Below the pieces are notes generated by a model. That model had not been told where the DNA came from and made no database searches. It saw nothing but the letters and a program-made list of their open reading frames with translations. A stretch of 64,000 nucleotides of DNA, from contig JACKNF010000001.1 in NCBI GenBank assembly GCA_024234995.1, positions 353,622-417,621 on the forward strand, read 5' to 3'. The translations under genes were made by a program, and so were the position numbers. Positions 1 to 9,208 of the stretch are shown in pieces (within the stretch, counting starts at the first letter, position 1; every line of letters begins with the position of its first letter). Origin of the DNA: Gammaproteobacteria bacterium (GTDB taxonomy: Bacteria > Pseudomonadota > Gammaproteobacteria > Competibacterales > Competibacteraceae).

Positions 1-603
1 GATACTGAGGATGTGTGGAGCCAATGGTTCCGGACCCAAGGAGGCCGCTACCAGCAGCCCCGATTGGTGCTGTTTCGTGATGCCGTACAGTCAGCCTGCG
101 GGTTTGCCAGCGCCGCAGTTGGTCCCTTCTACTGCCCAGGCGACCAGCAGGTTTACCTGGATCTGTCCTTCTTCCAAGAGCTATCTCAGCGCTTCGGCGC
201 GCCGGGCGACTTCGCCCGCGCCTACGTGATCGCCCATGAAATCGGTCATCACATCCAAAATTTGACCGGCATTTCCGGCAAAGTGCAGGCACAACGGCAG
301 CAACTGCCCGAAGCGCAGGCCAACGCCTTATCGGTGCTTGTGGAATTGCAAGCAGATTGCCTGGCGGGGGTTTGGGGTCATCACGCTCAACAACGCGGCG
401 TACTGGAGCCGGGGGATGTCGAAGCGGCATTGCAAGCCGCTACCGCGATCGGCGATGACCGCCTCCAGCAGCAAGCCCGTGGTTATGTCACACCGGATTC
501 CTTCACCCACGGCACGTCCCAGCAACGGGTGCAGTGGTTCAATCGAGGCTTGAAAACCGGCAATGTCAGTGAGTGCAATACATTCACTGCGCAGCGCCTC
601 TGA
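1..603 (+). CDS. YpfJ-family predicted zinc metallopeptidase; 5' end truncated by the window edge
   Basis: Frame 1 is open from base 1. It has a HEIGHH zinc motif and a QADCLAGVW segment typical of PF04228/YpfJ proteins. Confidence 0.75.
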   Translation, partial: DTEDVWSQWFRTQGGRYQQPRLVLFRDAVQSACGFASAAVGPFYCPGDQQVYLDLSFFQELSQRFGAPGDFARAYVIAHEIGHHIQNLTGISGKVQAQRQQLPEAQANALSVLVELQADCLAGVWGHHAQQRGVLEPGDVEAALQAATAIGDDRLQQQARGYVTPDSFTHGTSQQRVQWFNRGLKTGNVSECNTFTAQRL

Positions 604-620
604 GCGGGTTTTCATGCGCC

Positions 621-1331
621 ATGATTGCCCGCATCCTGCTGGTTGAGGATGAGCCGTCCATTGCGGATGTTGTCGAATTTGCGCTGACCAGCGAAGGATT
701 TCAGGTCGCTTGGCGAACGCTGGTCTGCGAAGCGGAGGTTGAATTAGCGGCTGCGCCCTTTGATTTGCTGATTCTCGACCTTGGACTGCCAGATGGCTCC
801 GGGCTGGAGCTGCTCAAGCGATTGCGGCGCAACTCAGAACTTCCGGTGCTGATTCTGTCCGCCCGTAACGCCGAGCTGGACCGGGTGCTGGGTCTGGAGC
901 TGGGGGCTGACGATTACGTCACCAAGCCGTTCAGTCCCCGCGAACTGGCGGCGCGGGTCAAGGCGATTCTCAAACGCACGGCCCGCCTTGCGCCGGTCCT
1001 TGATGATGCCAGCCTTGCCCCGCAGGTCAGCGATACCTGGTTTCAAATCGATGAAGTTCGCGCCGCTATTCGATTCCAAAACCATCTTTTGGATCTGACC
1101 CGCTACGAGTATTTGATTCTCAAGACGCTGCTGGCCCAACCAGAGCGGGTCTTTTCCCGCGCGCAGCTGATGGACCAGGTCTGGCCCGATCCGGCGGCCA
1201 GTTTCGAGCGCAGCGTGGATACGCATATTAAAACCCTGCGAGCCAAGCTCCGGGATATTGATACCATGCTTGATCCGATTCGTACCCATCGCGGTTTGGG
1301 CTACTCGGTGCGGGTTCGCCGCGGCTCTTGA
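621..1331 (+). CDS. creB: OmpR-family two-component response regulator, CreB-like
   Basis: The N-terminal receiver begins MIARILLVEDE. A winged-helix C-terminus ends GLGYSVR. It is translationally coupled (4-nt overlap) to a CreC-like kinase. Confidence 0.8.
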   Translation: MIARILLVEDEPSIADVVEFALTSEGFQVAWRTLVCEAEVELAAAPFDLLILDLGLPDGSGLELLKRLRRNSELPVLILSARNAELDRVLGLELGADDYVTKPFSPRELAARVKAILKRTARLAPVLDDASLAPQVSDTWFQIDEVRAAIRFQNHLLDLTRYEYLILKTLLAQPERVFSRAQLMDQVWPDPAASFERSVDTHIKTLRAKLRDIDTMLDPIRTHRGLGYSVRVRRGS

Positions 1332-2788
1332 ATCACGCTATGCATCTGGGTCTCAAGCTGTTTCTTGGCTACTTCTTAATTGTTGGTCTTGGTGTTTACT
1401 TTTCTCTCAATATTCTTGGCGTGGAAATCAAGCCGGCTTTTCGTCAGGCGACTGAGGAAACGCTGATCGATACCGCTAATCTGCTGGCAGTATTGGCGCG
1501 GGATGAGGTATTGAACGGCAGTTTTACTAATGGCCGTTTTCAGGCGCGCTTAGCGGAATATGCTCGCCGCAATCCTAACGCCCAAGTTTGGGATATTGTT
1601 AAAAACAGCCTTGATCATCGCATCTATATTACTGATGAACGCGGTTTTGTCCTGTTTGATTCCACGGGCCAAGCGGTCGGTCAGGACTATTCCCGTTGGA
1701 ACGATGTTTACTTGACCTTGCGAGGCCAGTACGGCGCTCGCACGACTCGCGAGAATCCCAATGATGGGCGAACATCGGTGATGTATGTCGCGGCGCCGGT
1801 CCGTGACGGTGAACGCATCATCGGGGTGCTGAGCGTGGCGAAGCCTGGCGCCAGCGTCCAACCCTATGTGGATCGGGCAGAGGCGAAGCTTTATCGCACG
1901 GCTGCCCTTTTAATGGTGATATCGCTAACCGTGGGGCTGGGGTTTTCCTGGTCGCTGGCGCGCTCGATGAACCGTCTTGCCGCTTACGCCCGTGCAGCTG
2001 CCGAGGGTGAGCGGTTGATGGTTCCTCAAGGTGGTGGCCCGGAAATGCGGGCGCTGGCGGAAGCGGTTGCGACCATGCGCGACCGGCTGGAAGGCCGGGA
2101 TTACGTGGAACGCTACGTGCATACCTTGACGCATGAGATGAAAAGCCCATTGGCGGCGATTGCCGGTGCCGCCGAATTGTTGCAGAGTGAGTTACCGGCC
2201 ACGCAACGCCAACGATTCGCCAAGCTGGCCGCTAGTGAGGCAGAACGTCTGCAACAATTGATCGAGCGTCTGCTGGCGTTGGCGACTGTTGAGCAACGGC
2301 GTGAACTTCAAGAACAACGACTCGTTTTGCTGCGGCGGACCGTGGAAGATTTGCTGACCTCCCGCGCACCGGCCATTACCCGGAAACATTTGCAGATTGA
2401 TCAACGGATTTCAGAGGAGACCGCCGTGCTTGGCGAGCCATTTCTGATTGCGCAGGCTATTGGCAATTTGCTGGACAATGCCCTGGATTTCACCCCTGTT
2501 CAGGGCATCATCACCCTCGATGCTGAAAGGGTCAGCGATGCCTGGCGGTTGACTATTACCAACACGGGCAGCGCCATCCCCGGCTATGCGCGTGAACGGC
2601 TATTTGAGCGGTTTTACTCCTTGCCCCGCTCAGACACCGGACACAAAAGCACAGGGCTGGGCCTGGCATTTGTCCGTGAGGTGGCGCATTTGCATGGAGG
2701 GTTCATTACGGTGGATAACCTATTGAATGAGGATGGAGACGTTATAGGTGTGGCTGCAAAGTTAACACTGCCGGTTGCGGCTTATTGA
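1328..2788 (+). CDS. creC: Sensor histidine kinase CreC-like
   Basis: The protein is colinear with E. coli CreC over its whole length, with shared blocks KPxxRxATEETLIDTA, GQDYSRWNDV, LTLRGQYGAR, H-box YVHTLTHEMKSPLAAI and SLPRS...GLGLAFV. The ATG at 1340 is an alternative start. Confidence 0.8.
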   Translation: MNHAMHLGLKLFLGYFLIVGLGVYFSLNILGVEIKPAFRQATEETLIDTANLLAVLARDEVLNGSFTNGRFQARLAEYARRNPNAQVWDIVKNSLDHRIYITDERGFVLFDSTGQAVGQDYSRWNDVYLTLRGQYGARTTRENPNDGRTSVMYVAAPVRDGERIIGVLSVAKPGASVQPYVDRAEAKLYRTAALLMVISLTVGLGFSWSLARSMNRLAAYARAAAEGERLMVPQGGGPEMRALAEAVATMRDRLEGRDYVERYVHTLTHEMKSPLAAIAGAAELLQSELPATQRQRFAKLAASEAERLQQLIERLLALATVEQRRELQEQRLVLLRRTVEDLLTSRAPAITRKHLQIDQRISEETAVLGEPFLIAQAIGNLLDNALDFTPVQGIITLDAERVSDAWRLTITNTGSAIPGYARERLFERFYSLPRSDTGHKSTGLGLAFVREVAHLHGGFITVDNLLNEDGDVIGVAAKLTLPVAAY

Positions 2789-2821
2789 AACTAAACTGTA
2801 TTTAAGGTTCTTCGGTTATCG

Positions 2822-3520
2822 TTAAGGCGTATGGTTCAAGGTCTGGCGAATCAGCCGCCAGTGCGGCAGATGGTGGTCCATCAGTGCCTTGAACCGGTCG
2901 TTATGGTTCCGCTCCAGCAGATGTGTGAGCTCATGAATGACGACGTATTCTAGACAGTTGACTGGTTTTTTGATCAGTTCCAGATTGAGCCAAATGCGGC
3001 GTGCGGCGATGTTGCAGGTTCCCCAGCGAGTCTTCATCTGTTTAATGCCCCAGTCAGCGGCCTGCACGCCGAGCACGGGCTGCCACTGTTCCAGCAGAGG
3101 GGGAATCCGTGCGCGCAGTTGCTCCCGGTACCAGCGTTGCAAGACCTGTTGCCGTTGTTCAGCCGTGGTTCCGGAACGCACAAACAGATCGAGAAAACTG
3201 GAGTCATTATGGCGGATGCGAGGCGGGCCAGTGTACGCCATGACCCGTAGCTGGTAGCGTTGTCCCAGAAAGTAGTGGCTTTCGCCGCTGACCATCTCAT
3301 GCGGTGACGGGCGGGGCTGCGCCGCAAAGCGGGCTTGCTGTTGCCGGATCCAGGCAAGTTTATTGCTCACTACCCGCCGCACTGCTTTTTTAAGATCTGC
3401 TGGATAATCACTTTCAGTGATTTTATGCCGTTGGAAAAATCTGTCATGTCCTGAGTTTAACGGTCTTGGTGTGGGGTAGATGGTTGCCAAAAAATAACCG
3501 GTTGGCTGTACAATGGCCAT
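2822..3520 (-). CDS. YgjP-like/M48-family metal-dependent hydrolase
   Basis: There is a C-terminal HELTHLLERNH motif and a WGTC...L.LN segment typical of the DUF45/M48-like family. The ATG at 3520 is preferred over the TTG at 3538. Confidence 0.6.
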   Translation of the reverse strand: MAIVQPTGYFLATIYPTPRPLNSGHDRFFQRHKITESDYPADLKKAVRRVVSNKLAWIRQQQARFAAQPRPSPHEMVSGESHYFLGQRYQLRVMAYTGPPRIRHNDSSFLDLFVRSGTTAEQRQQVLQRWYREQLRARIPPLLEQWQPVLGVQAADWGIKQMKTRWGTCNIAARRIWLNLELIKKPVNCLEYVVIHELTHLLERNHNDRFKALMDHHLPHWRLIRQTLNHTP

Positions 3521-3618
3521 TGATGAAATGGCCTGCAAGCAGGCTCTCGCACCAATAAGAAATTGACTTTCAATAGAAATGATTTTAATCCTGTCTCAGC
3601 TCTTTTCAAGAGGGTAAT

Positions 3619-4074
3619 TTGATGTCCACTTATTCCGTCCGCCTCAACTGGCAACGCACAACGCCCGATTTTGACTACAAGACCTTTGATCGCAGTCACA
3701 CTTGGTGTTTAGCCGGTGGCCAGACCGTGCGTGGATCGGCAGCGCCAGAGTATTCCGGCAACCCTGAGATGAGCAATCCTGAAGAGGCTCTATTGGCATC
3801 GCTATCAAGTTGTCACATGCTCACTTTTCTAGCGATTGCAGCGCTCAAGAAACTGGTCGTGGATACCTATGAGGATCAACCAGTCGCCGAGCTGGGTAAA
3901 AATGAAAAAGGCAAGATCATGATAAGCCGCTTGATCCTGCGGCCTCGGGTAGTTTTCGGTGGTGATGCAGTTCCTGGCGCCGAGGCGCTGATGGATTTGC
4001 ATCGTAAGGCCAAGGAAAATTGCTTTATTCATAATTCGCTATTAAGTCAAGTGGTTCTGGAACCACTTCTTTAA
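3619..4074 (+). CDS. OsmC/Ohr-family peroxiredoxin-like protein
   Basis: The size is 151 aa and it has the OsmC-type Cys-containing core (SLSSCHMLTF) plus a C-terminal KENCFIH. Confidence 0.75.
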   Translation: MMSTYSVRLNWQRTTPDFDYKTFDRSHTWCLAGGQTVRGSAAPEYSGNPEMSNPEEALLASLSSCHMLTFLAIAALKKLVVDTYEDQPVAELGKNEKGKIMISRLILRPRVVFGGDAVPGAEALMDLHRKAKENCFIHNSLLSQVVLEPLL

Positions 4075-4140
4075 CATCAATGAGTACGGTTCAGTTCGTA
4101 TTGCATCACCATCCCGCCTGTCGTATAACTTAACCATGTA

Positions 4141-4788
4141 ATGGGACATTGTTTAAGAGGCAAAGTAATTGGTATGTGGAAGCTTGGCAAACAGGTTATG
4201 CTTCTTGGGATGCTAGTATGGTTGAGCAGCGCATGCGCGCCAAATACTGTCTATGAAAATGAGCAACCGCCCCTTTTAACAAAAATCCCTGAACCGGTGT
4301 TCCGTGAGCCTTGGCTGCTGATCGACACCAAGGCTGATAAATTGATGGTTATGCAGAACGCCCAGCCAGTTGAGGTGTTCCATCAAATTGCTGTGGGGAG
4401 CAGCGGCGCTGGACTTAAATACCAGCGCGGGGACAATAAGACGCCGCTCGGCGTGTTTCGAGTCGGCTGGGTCAACGATCACAGCCGATTTAACAAATTT
4501 ATTGGTCTCGATTATCCGAATCCTGATTATGCCGAACGCGCACTGCGCGAGCGCCGGATTGACCGCTCAACCTATGAGCGCATTCGTTCTGCCTGGATCA
4601 GCGGCCGTACTCCGCCGCAAGACACGCCACTGGGCGGGCAAATTGGTATCCATGGCGTTGGTGCGGGCAATCCTCGCGTGCATGAGGCTGGCATCGACTG
4701 GACCAGTGGTTGCGTGGCGCTGGATAATTGGCAGATCAATGCGCTTAGGCCGTGGATAAAGGTGGGGATGCGGGTTGAAATCCGCTAA
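4141..4788 (+). CDS. Short YkuD-fold L,D-transpeptidase-like protein, YafK (LdtF/DpaA)-like lipoprotein
   Basis: A signal/lipobox LSSAC is present, and the catalytic motif IHG...SGCVAL is conserved. The block order matches E. coli YafK. The start may instead be the ATG at 4174. Confidence 0.65.
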   Translation: MGHCLRGKVIGMWKLGKQVMLLGMLVWLSSACAPNTVYENEQPPLLTKIPEPVFREPWLLIDTKADKLMVMQNAQPVEVFHQIAVGSSGAGLKYQRGDNKTPLGVFRVGWVNDHSRFNKFIGLDYPNPDYAERALRERRIDRSTYERIRSAWISGRTPPQDTPLGGQIGIHGVGAGNPRVHEAGIDWTSGCVALDNWQINALRPWIKVGMRVEIR

Positions 4789-4934
4789 AGGTATCATTCT
4801 CACCACTACTCGCAAATTGAATTTCCGTTATATAATGCAGCTTGTTGTGTGTCGGCAATAATCGAGTTGTACTGGAGCAACAGTGCAATGAACCAATCTG
4901 TTACTTTGTTTGTAATGATACCAAGGAGTTGAAA

Positions 4935-5177
4935 ATGTCCCTGAAGACCCTGACCAAAATTTCCACGCTGGCCCTGATCGCTGGTCTGACTGTCGGTTGC
5001 GCTAGCACCAGTGATTTAAAGGCGGTGCAGCAGGATGCTAATGAAGCCAAGTCAATGGCACGCAGCGCGATGGATACTGCTAATGATGCCAAATCCATTG
5101 CTATGGAAGCCAAGTCGATCAGCATGGCTACTGAGGAAAAGATCAACCGTATGTTCAAGCGTTCGATGTACAAATAA
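4935..5177 (+). CDS. lpp: Braun lipoprotein (Lpp/OprI)-like murein lipoprotein
   Basis: An AAGGAG ribosome-binding site sits 6 nt upstream. The 80-aa product has signal plus lipobox LTVG|C, a roughly 56-aa heptad-repeat helix (AKS/AMD repeats) and a C-terminal ...RSMYK ending in Lys, like Lpp ...KYRK. Confidence 0.8.
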   Translation: MSLKTLTKISTLALIAGLTVGCASTSDLKAVQQDANEAKSMARSAMDTANDAKSIAMEAKSISMATEEKINRMFKRSMYK

Positions 5178-5206
5178 ACCGGCTGTCTGACGGCAAAAGG
5201 TTAGAA

Positions 5207-5239
5207 GAAACCCGTGATTATGATCGCGGGTTTTTTTTC
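5207..5239 (+). terminator. Rho-independent terminator downstream of lpp
   Basis: The sequence aaacccgtgattatgatcgcgggtttttttt has a GC stem followed by a T8 run. Confidence 0.6.
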
Positions 5240-5246
5240 GTCCTAT

Positions 5247-6584
5247 TTACGGGCGATTGATTGTTGCTGGATCTTTCAATGGATCCGCCGGAGCCGGGAC
5301 AGAGTGACTCGTTGAAGATCGATAAACCGGCGGGGAACCAATGCGTGGCGGTTCAGCAGGTCCTCCTGGATAGGCAGGAGAAGGTGGTGTAACAGGTGCG
5401 TAGGATCCGGGTATCCGATTATTGTTATTGTAATTTGGCGGAGCATATCCAGGCCGATAGGCAGGGGGGCGGACCTTTGCTGGCACCGAAGCGTTATCCT
5501 CATGCAGCGGATCGTCATCGTAAGCCAGAGGCTCACCAGGACGGTTTTCGACAGGAAGAGGCACCTGCTGGGTTGCGGGATAGTCTGATGATACTGGTGT
5601 TTCAGTGTGAGGCACGGCAGTGGGCTGACCGGCCACCGGTCCAGGCGATATCGATCCTGGGCGGGCGCCAATAGAAACCGGAATGCCGCTGACTTGCTCC
5701 ATCGCTGCTTGCAGCGCTGCTTGATCCACGCCGGGCATGTCAGGGCCGGTCTTGGCGATTACCGCTTGATGGGCTTGCTCCAGAGTCACTTTGATCGGGA
5801 TATTATCCTCTTCCAGCGGCTCGTGCGCCTCCATAAACAATGCGCCATTAAATCGCCCGACTTTAACGGGTTGGTTAACAATGCGCACCGATGTGCCGAC
5901 CGGCGTCATACCAAACAGCCGTTCAATATCTTCAGGGTACATTCGCACACAGCCGTGGGTAACGTGCATCCCGATCCCATAAGGCCGATTAGTGCCGTGA
6001 ATCAGATAGCTGGGCAGCGCCAAGCGTAGGGCATGCCGTCCCAGCGGATTATCCGGACCGCCAGGAATGACATCTGGCAGAATGTCTCCCTGAGCAGCAT
6101 GTTCCGCCTTAATAGAGGCGGGTGGCCGCCAAGCGGGGTCGGCTTCCTTGCCGGTTACCCGGGTGGTGCCTAGCGGAGTTTTCCAATCCATGCGGCCAAT
6201 GCTAACCGGATAGGTATGGACAACTCGTTGCTCGCCCGGCCCAGCGCTAGGGTAGTAATACAGCCGCAGCTCAGCAATGTTAAGAACTATCCCTTCACGC
6301 GGAGTATCAGGCAGAATATAGCGGGTCGGTAGCACAATGGGCGTACCTTCGCCGGGCGCCCATCGGTCTACGCCGGGATTGGCGTGAACCATCTCGTCAT
6401 ACCCCAGACTATGCCGGCGTGCGATGTCGATCAAGGTATCCGTCTTAGTCGCATAAACGACTTTGACTTGGCCGATCATGTCCGTATCCGGGGGCGGCAG
6501 GGGATAAACAGTCGCCTGCGCGGCGCTAGCGGATAACCATCCGAGAAGCAACCCGCAGGCGGGTTTCAAATATTGATTCAGCAT
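5247..6584 (-). CDS. LysM plus YkuD L,D-transpeptidase (ErfK/YbiS/YcfS family) with a long Pro-rich C-terminal tail
   Basis: It has a signal peptide, and blocks NPGVD, GIVLNIAELRLYYY, PGGPDNPLG and LIHGTN...HGCVRM that match E. coli LdtA/B/C. The C-terminal roughly 150 aa is low-complexity and Pro-rich. Confidence 0.85.
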   Translation of the reverse strand: MLNQYLKPACGLLLGWLSASAAQATVYPLPPPDTDMIGQVKVVYATKTDTLIDIARRHSLGYDEMVHANPGVDRWAPGEGTPIVLPTRYILPDTPREGIVLNIAELRLYYYPSAGPGEQRVVHTYPVSIGRMDWKTPLGTTRVTGKEADPAWRPPASIKAEHAAQGDILPDVIPGGPDNPLGRHALRLALPSYLIHGTNRPYGIGMHVTHGCVRMYPEDIERLFGMTPVGTSVRIVNQPVKVGRFNGALFMEAHEPLEEDNIPIKVTLEQAHQAVIAKTGPDMPGVDQAALQAAMEQVSGIPVSIGARPGSISPGPVAGQPTAVPHTETPVSSDYPATQQVPLPVENRPGEPLAYDDDPLHEDNASVPAKVRPPAYRPGYAPPNYNNNNRIPGSYAPVTPPSPAYPGGPAEPPRIGSPPVYRSSTSHSVPAPADPLKDPATINRP

Positions 6585-6593
6585 GGAAACATC

Positions 6594-7073
6594 TCATATT
6601 GCAGTGGTGGGTATCGGTGAACGGAAAATGCCATATTGCCCAGTAAAAATCATTGCTGGCTCGCCATCATCGGCGCGGATAACGACGTCCACGCTCCAAC
6701 GCGCTTTGCCCCGCTGACGGTAGCTTTGAATGAATCGCTCGATCACCTGCGAATCCGGCCGTAGACACTCCGTGATAATCTCGTTATGTACTGGCCGCAA
6801 GAATTTCTGAGTGCTATCGGTAATGACAATTTCCGGAGTCTCGCCATATTCGTTTAAAGTGATCCGGGTCAGTGCCCAACCTGTCAATGCAGCGAGCGCC
6901 GCCATTGAGCCGCCAAACGCAATCCCTTTATCATTGATATTGGGCTCCAATGGCGCGGCGATACTTAAACCGGTGTCGTTGCAGTGATCTAACCGTGCTT
7001 GCATCGCCTGAAATAACGGAACATGGCGATTAAGATAATCGTTGATTTCCTGAATGACCTGCGGTTGGGACAT
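6594..7073 (-). CDS. Hotdog-fold thioesterase-domain protein (YiiD_C/PaaI-like)
   Basis: The size is 159 aa. This is a weak pattern match to thioesterase-domain proteins. Confidence 0.5.
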   Translation of the reverse strand: MSQPQVIQEINDYLNRHVPLFQAMQARLDHCNDTGLSIAAPLEPNINDKGIAFGGSMAALAALTGWALTRITLNEYGETPEIVITDSTQKFLRPVHNEIITECLRPDSQVIERFIQSYRQRGKARWSVDVVIRADDGEPAMIFTGQYGIFRSPIPTTAI

Positions 7074-7142
7074 GATGGATTTCCTTGGGTAGGGAGAATG
7101 CTGGAGAATGAAGCGTACTACTCATCATAAAGGAAGGAACGC

Positions 7143-8114
7143 ATGACCCGCACCGTGGTTTTTGCCTATCACAATGTTGGAGTCCGTTGCCTCAAGGTGT
7201 TGCTGGCTCAGGGTCACGATGTAGCGTTGGTCCTCACCCATGAGGACAATCCGGACGAGCGCATCTGGTTCGACAATGTCGGCGTTGTAGCCGCTGATTA
7301 CGGTATCCCAGTTCTTACTCCAGAAGATCCTAATATTCCAGAAATCGTACAATATATTAAAGGATTGGCCCCCAGCTTCCTGTTTTCGTTCTACTACCGG
7401 CGAATGCTGTCTCCGGAGCTGCTAGCGATTGCACGGCACGGCGCGTTCAATCTGCATGGCTCACTGTTACCAAAATATCGTGGTCGAGCTCCCGTCAATT
7501 GGGCAATTCTGCACGGCGAAACCGAGACAGGAGCTACCTTGCATTATATGACCGCCAAGCCGGATGCTGGTGATATTGTTGGACAGACGGCTGTGCCGAT
7601 TTTACCCGATGACACAGCCCGCGAGGTCTTTGACAAGGTCACGCTTGCTGCTGAATTAACCTTGCATCGCGTATTGCCCGCATTGGTTAATGGCACAGCT
7701 CCGCGTATCGCACAAAATCTTAGCCAGGGTAGTTACTTTTCCGGCCGTAGGCCAGAAGATGGGCGTATTGATTGGAATGGGCCAGCGACTCGTATTCATG
7801 ACCTGGTGCGGGCGGTGGCGCCACCTTATCCGGGGGCATTCACCTCTATAGCGGGCCAACCAGCACAGATTTTGCGGACGCGGGTTGTACTCCCTCCACC
7901 CTCCTGCCCTGGCCTTCCTTTGCGAGGAGGAAGACCGTCTGTCCTGGTAGAAACCGGCGGACAATTGATTGCCTATTGCGCAAGCGGTGAAGCATTACGA
8001 ATTCTGGAATTGGACATTGCGGGTCAATCCGTGTTCCCTGCTCAATTGGCGGACCGGCTCGGTCCAGGCCCATGGCGGCTGGGTGACGATGAGGCCCGTT
8101 TTCAGCCAGCTTAG
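7143..8114 (+). CDS. arnA: UDP-4-amino-4-deoxy-L-arabinose formyltransferase (ArnA N-terminal domain encoded as a separate gene)
   Basis: It aligns with E. coli ArnA residues 1-300 through blocks VVFAYH, FSFYYR, AFNLHGSLLPKYRGRAPVNWAILHGETETG and MVRAVA.PYPGAF. Confidence 0.8.
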   Translation: MTRTVVFAYHNVGVRCLKVLLAQGHDVALVLTHEDNPDERIWFDNVGVVAADYGIPVLTPEDPNIPEIVQYIKGLAPSFLFSFYYRRMLSPELLAIARHGAFNLHGSLLPKYRGRAPVNWAILHGETETGATLHYMTAKPDAGDIVGQTAVPILPDDTAREVFDKVTLAAELTLHRVLPALVNGTAPRIAQNLSQGSYFSGRRPEDGRIDWNGPATRIHDLVRAVAPPYPGAFTSIAGQPAQILRTRVVLPPPSCPGLPLRGGRPSVLVETGGQLIAYCASGEALRILELDIAGQSVFPAQLADRLGPGPWRLGDDEARFQPA

Positions 8115-8149
8115 CGAGCTGGAAGCTCTTTTTCCTTCAACTTTTTGGA

Positions 8150-9205
8150 ATGGCCTTTCTCGTGAAAAGAATCCTCATCCTCGGTGTCAACGGCTTCATT
8201 GGTCATCACCTGTCCCAACGCATTCTCGCCACTACCGATTGGCAGATTCATGGCATGGATATGCAGGATGACCGGGTTCGTGACCTGATCGATCATCCAC
8301 GCTTTCACTTTTTTGAGGGTGATATCACCATCAATCGTGAGTGGATCGAATACCATATTAAGAAATGCGATGTGGCGTTGCCGTTGGTGGCTATCGCGAC
8401 CCCAGCCACTTACGTGCGTGAGCCGCTGCGGGTGTTTGAACTCGACTTTGAAGCCAACCTGCCAGTTGTGCGATCTTGTGTTAAGTATCGAAAAAGGCTA
8501 GTTTTTCCATCGACATCTGAGGTTTACGGTATGTGTGCAGATGGCGAATTCGATCCTGAACGATCGCCGCTGGTCTATGGGCCAATCAATAAGCCTCGCT
8601 GGATCTACGCCTGTGCCAAGCAGATGATGGACCGGGTGATCTGGGCCTACGGTATGGAGCAGGGATTGGATTTCACTTTATTCCGCCCCTTTAATTGGAT
8701 CGGGTCCGGCCTCGATTCAATCAACACCCCTAAAGAAGGCAGTTCCCGGGTTATCACGCAATTCCTGGGGCAAATCGCCCGTGGCGAGCCGATTAAACTG
8801 GTCGATGGCGGTACGCAGCGACGTTCATTTACTTACATCGATGACGGCATTGATGCGCTGATCAAGATCATCGCCAATGCTGGGGGTGTGGCCAGCGGTC
8901 AGATCTATAATATTGGCAATCCGTGCAATAACTTGTCGGTACGCGAATTGGCGGTGCGGATGCTGGAGTTAGCTGCGGAGTATCCAGAGTACCGTGACAA
9001 TGCAGTCAAGGTACAACTGATTGAAACCACGGCGAATGACTACTATGGCCAAGGCTACCAGGACGTGCAGCAACGGGTGCCGAAGATTGCCAACACTTGC
9101 AGCGATTTGGATTGGCAGCCGAAGGTAACCATGGATGCGGCGTTGCGGAAGATCTTCGAGGCTTATCGCACCCATGTAGCTGATGCGGGCTATCTGGTGG
9201 ATTGA
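8150..9205 (+). CDS. arnA: UDP-glucuronate decarboxylase/dehydrogenase (ArnA C-terminal domain encoded as a separate gene)
   Basis: It has blocks ILILGVNGFIGHHL, PRFHFFEGDI, KCDVALPLVAIATP, RVFELDFE, KRLVFPSTSEVYGMC and KPRWIY. It is collinear with E. coli ArnA 314-660 and lies 35 nt downstream of the formyltransferase gene. Confidence 0.8.
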   Translation: MAFLVKRILILGVNGFIGHHLSQRILATTDWQIHGMDMQDDRVRDLIDHPRFHFFEGDITINREWIEYHIKKCDVALPLVAIATPATYVREPLRVFELDFEANLPVVRSCVKYRKRLVFPSTSEVYGMCADGEFDPERSPLVYGPINKPRWIYACAKQMMDRVIWAYGMEQGLDFTLFRPFNWIGSGLDSINTPKEGSSRVITQFLGQIARGEPIKLVDGGTQRRSFTYIDDGIDALIKIIANAGGVASGQIYNIGNPCNNLSVRELAVRMLELAAEYPEYRDNAVKVQLIETTANDYYGQGYQDVQQRVPKIANTCSDLDWQPKVTMDAALRKIFEAYRTHVADAGYLVD

Positions 9206-9208
9206 GCC

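Noticed and set aside
5276-6029. ORFs of 92-140 aa overlapping the L,D-transpeptidase gene on both strands
   Set aside because: They are shadow ORFs within and antisense to a well-supported 445-aa Ldt frame.
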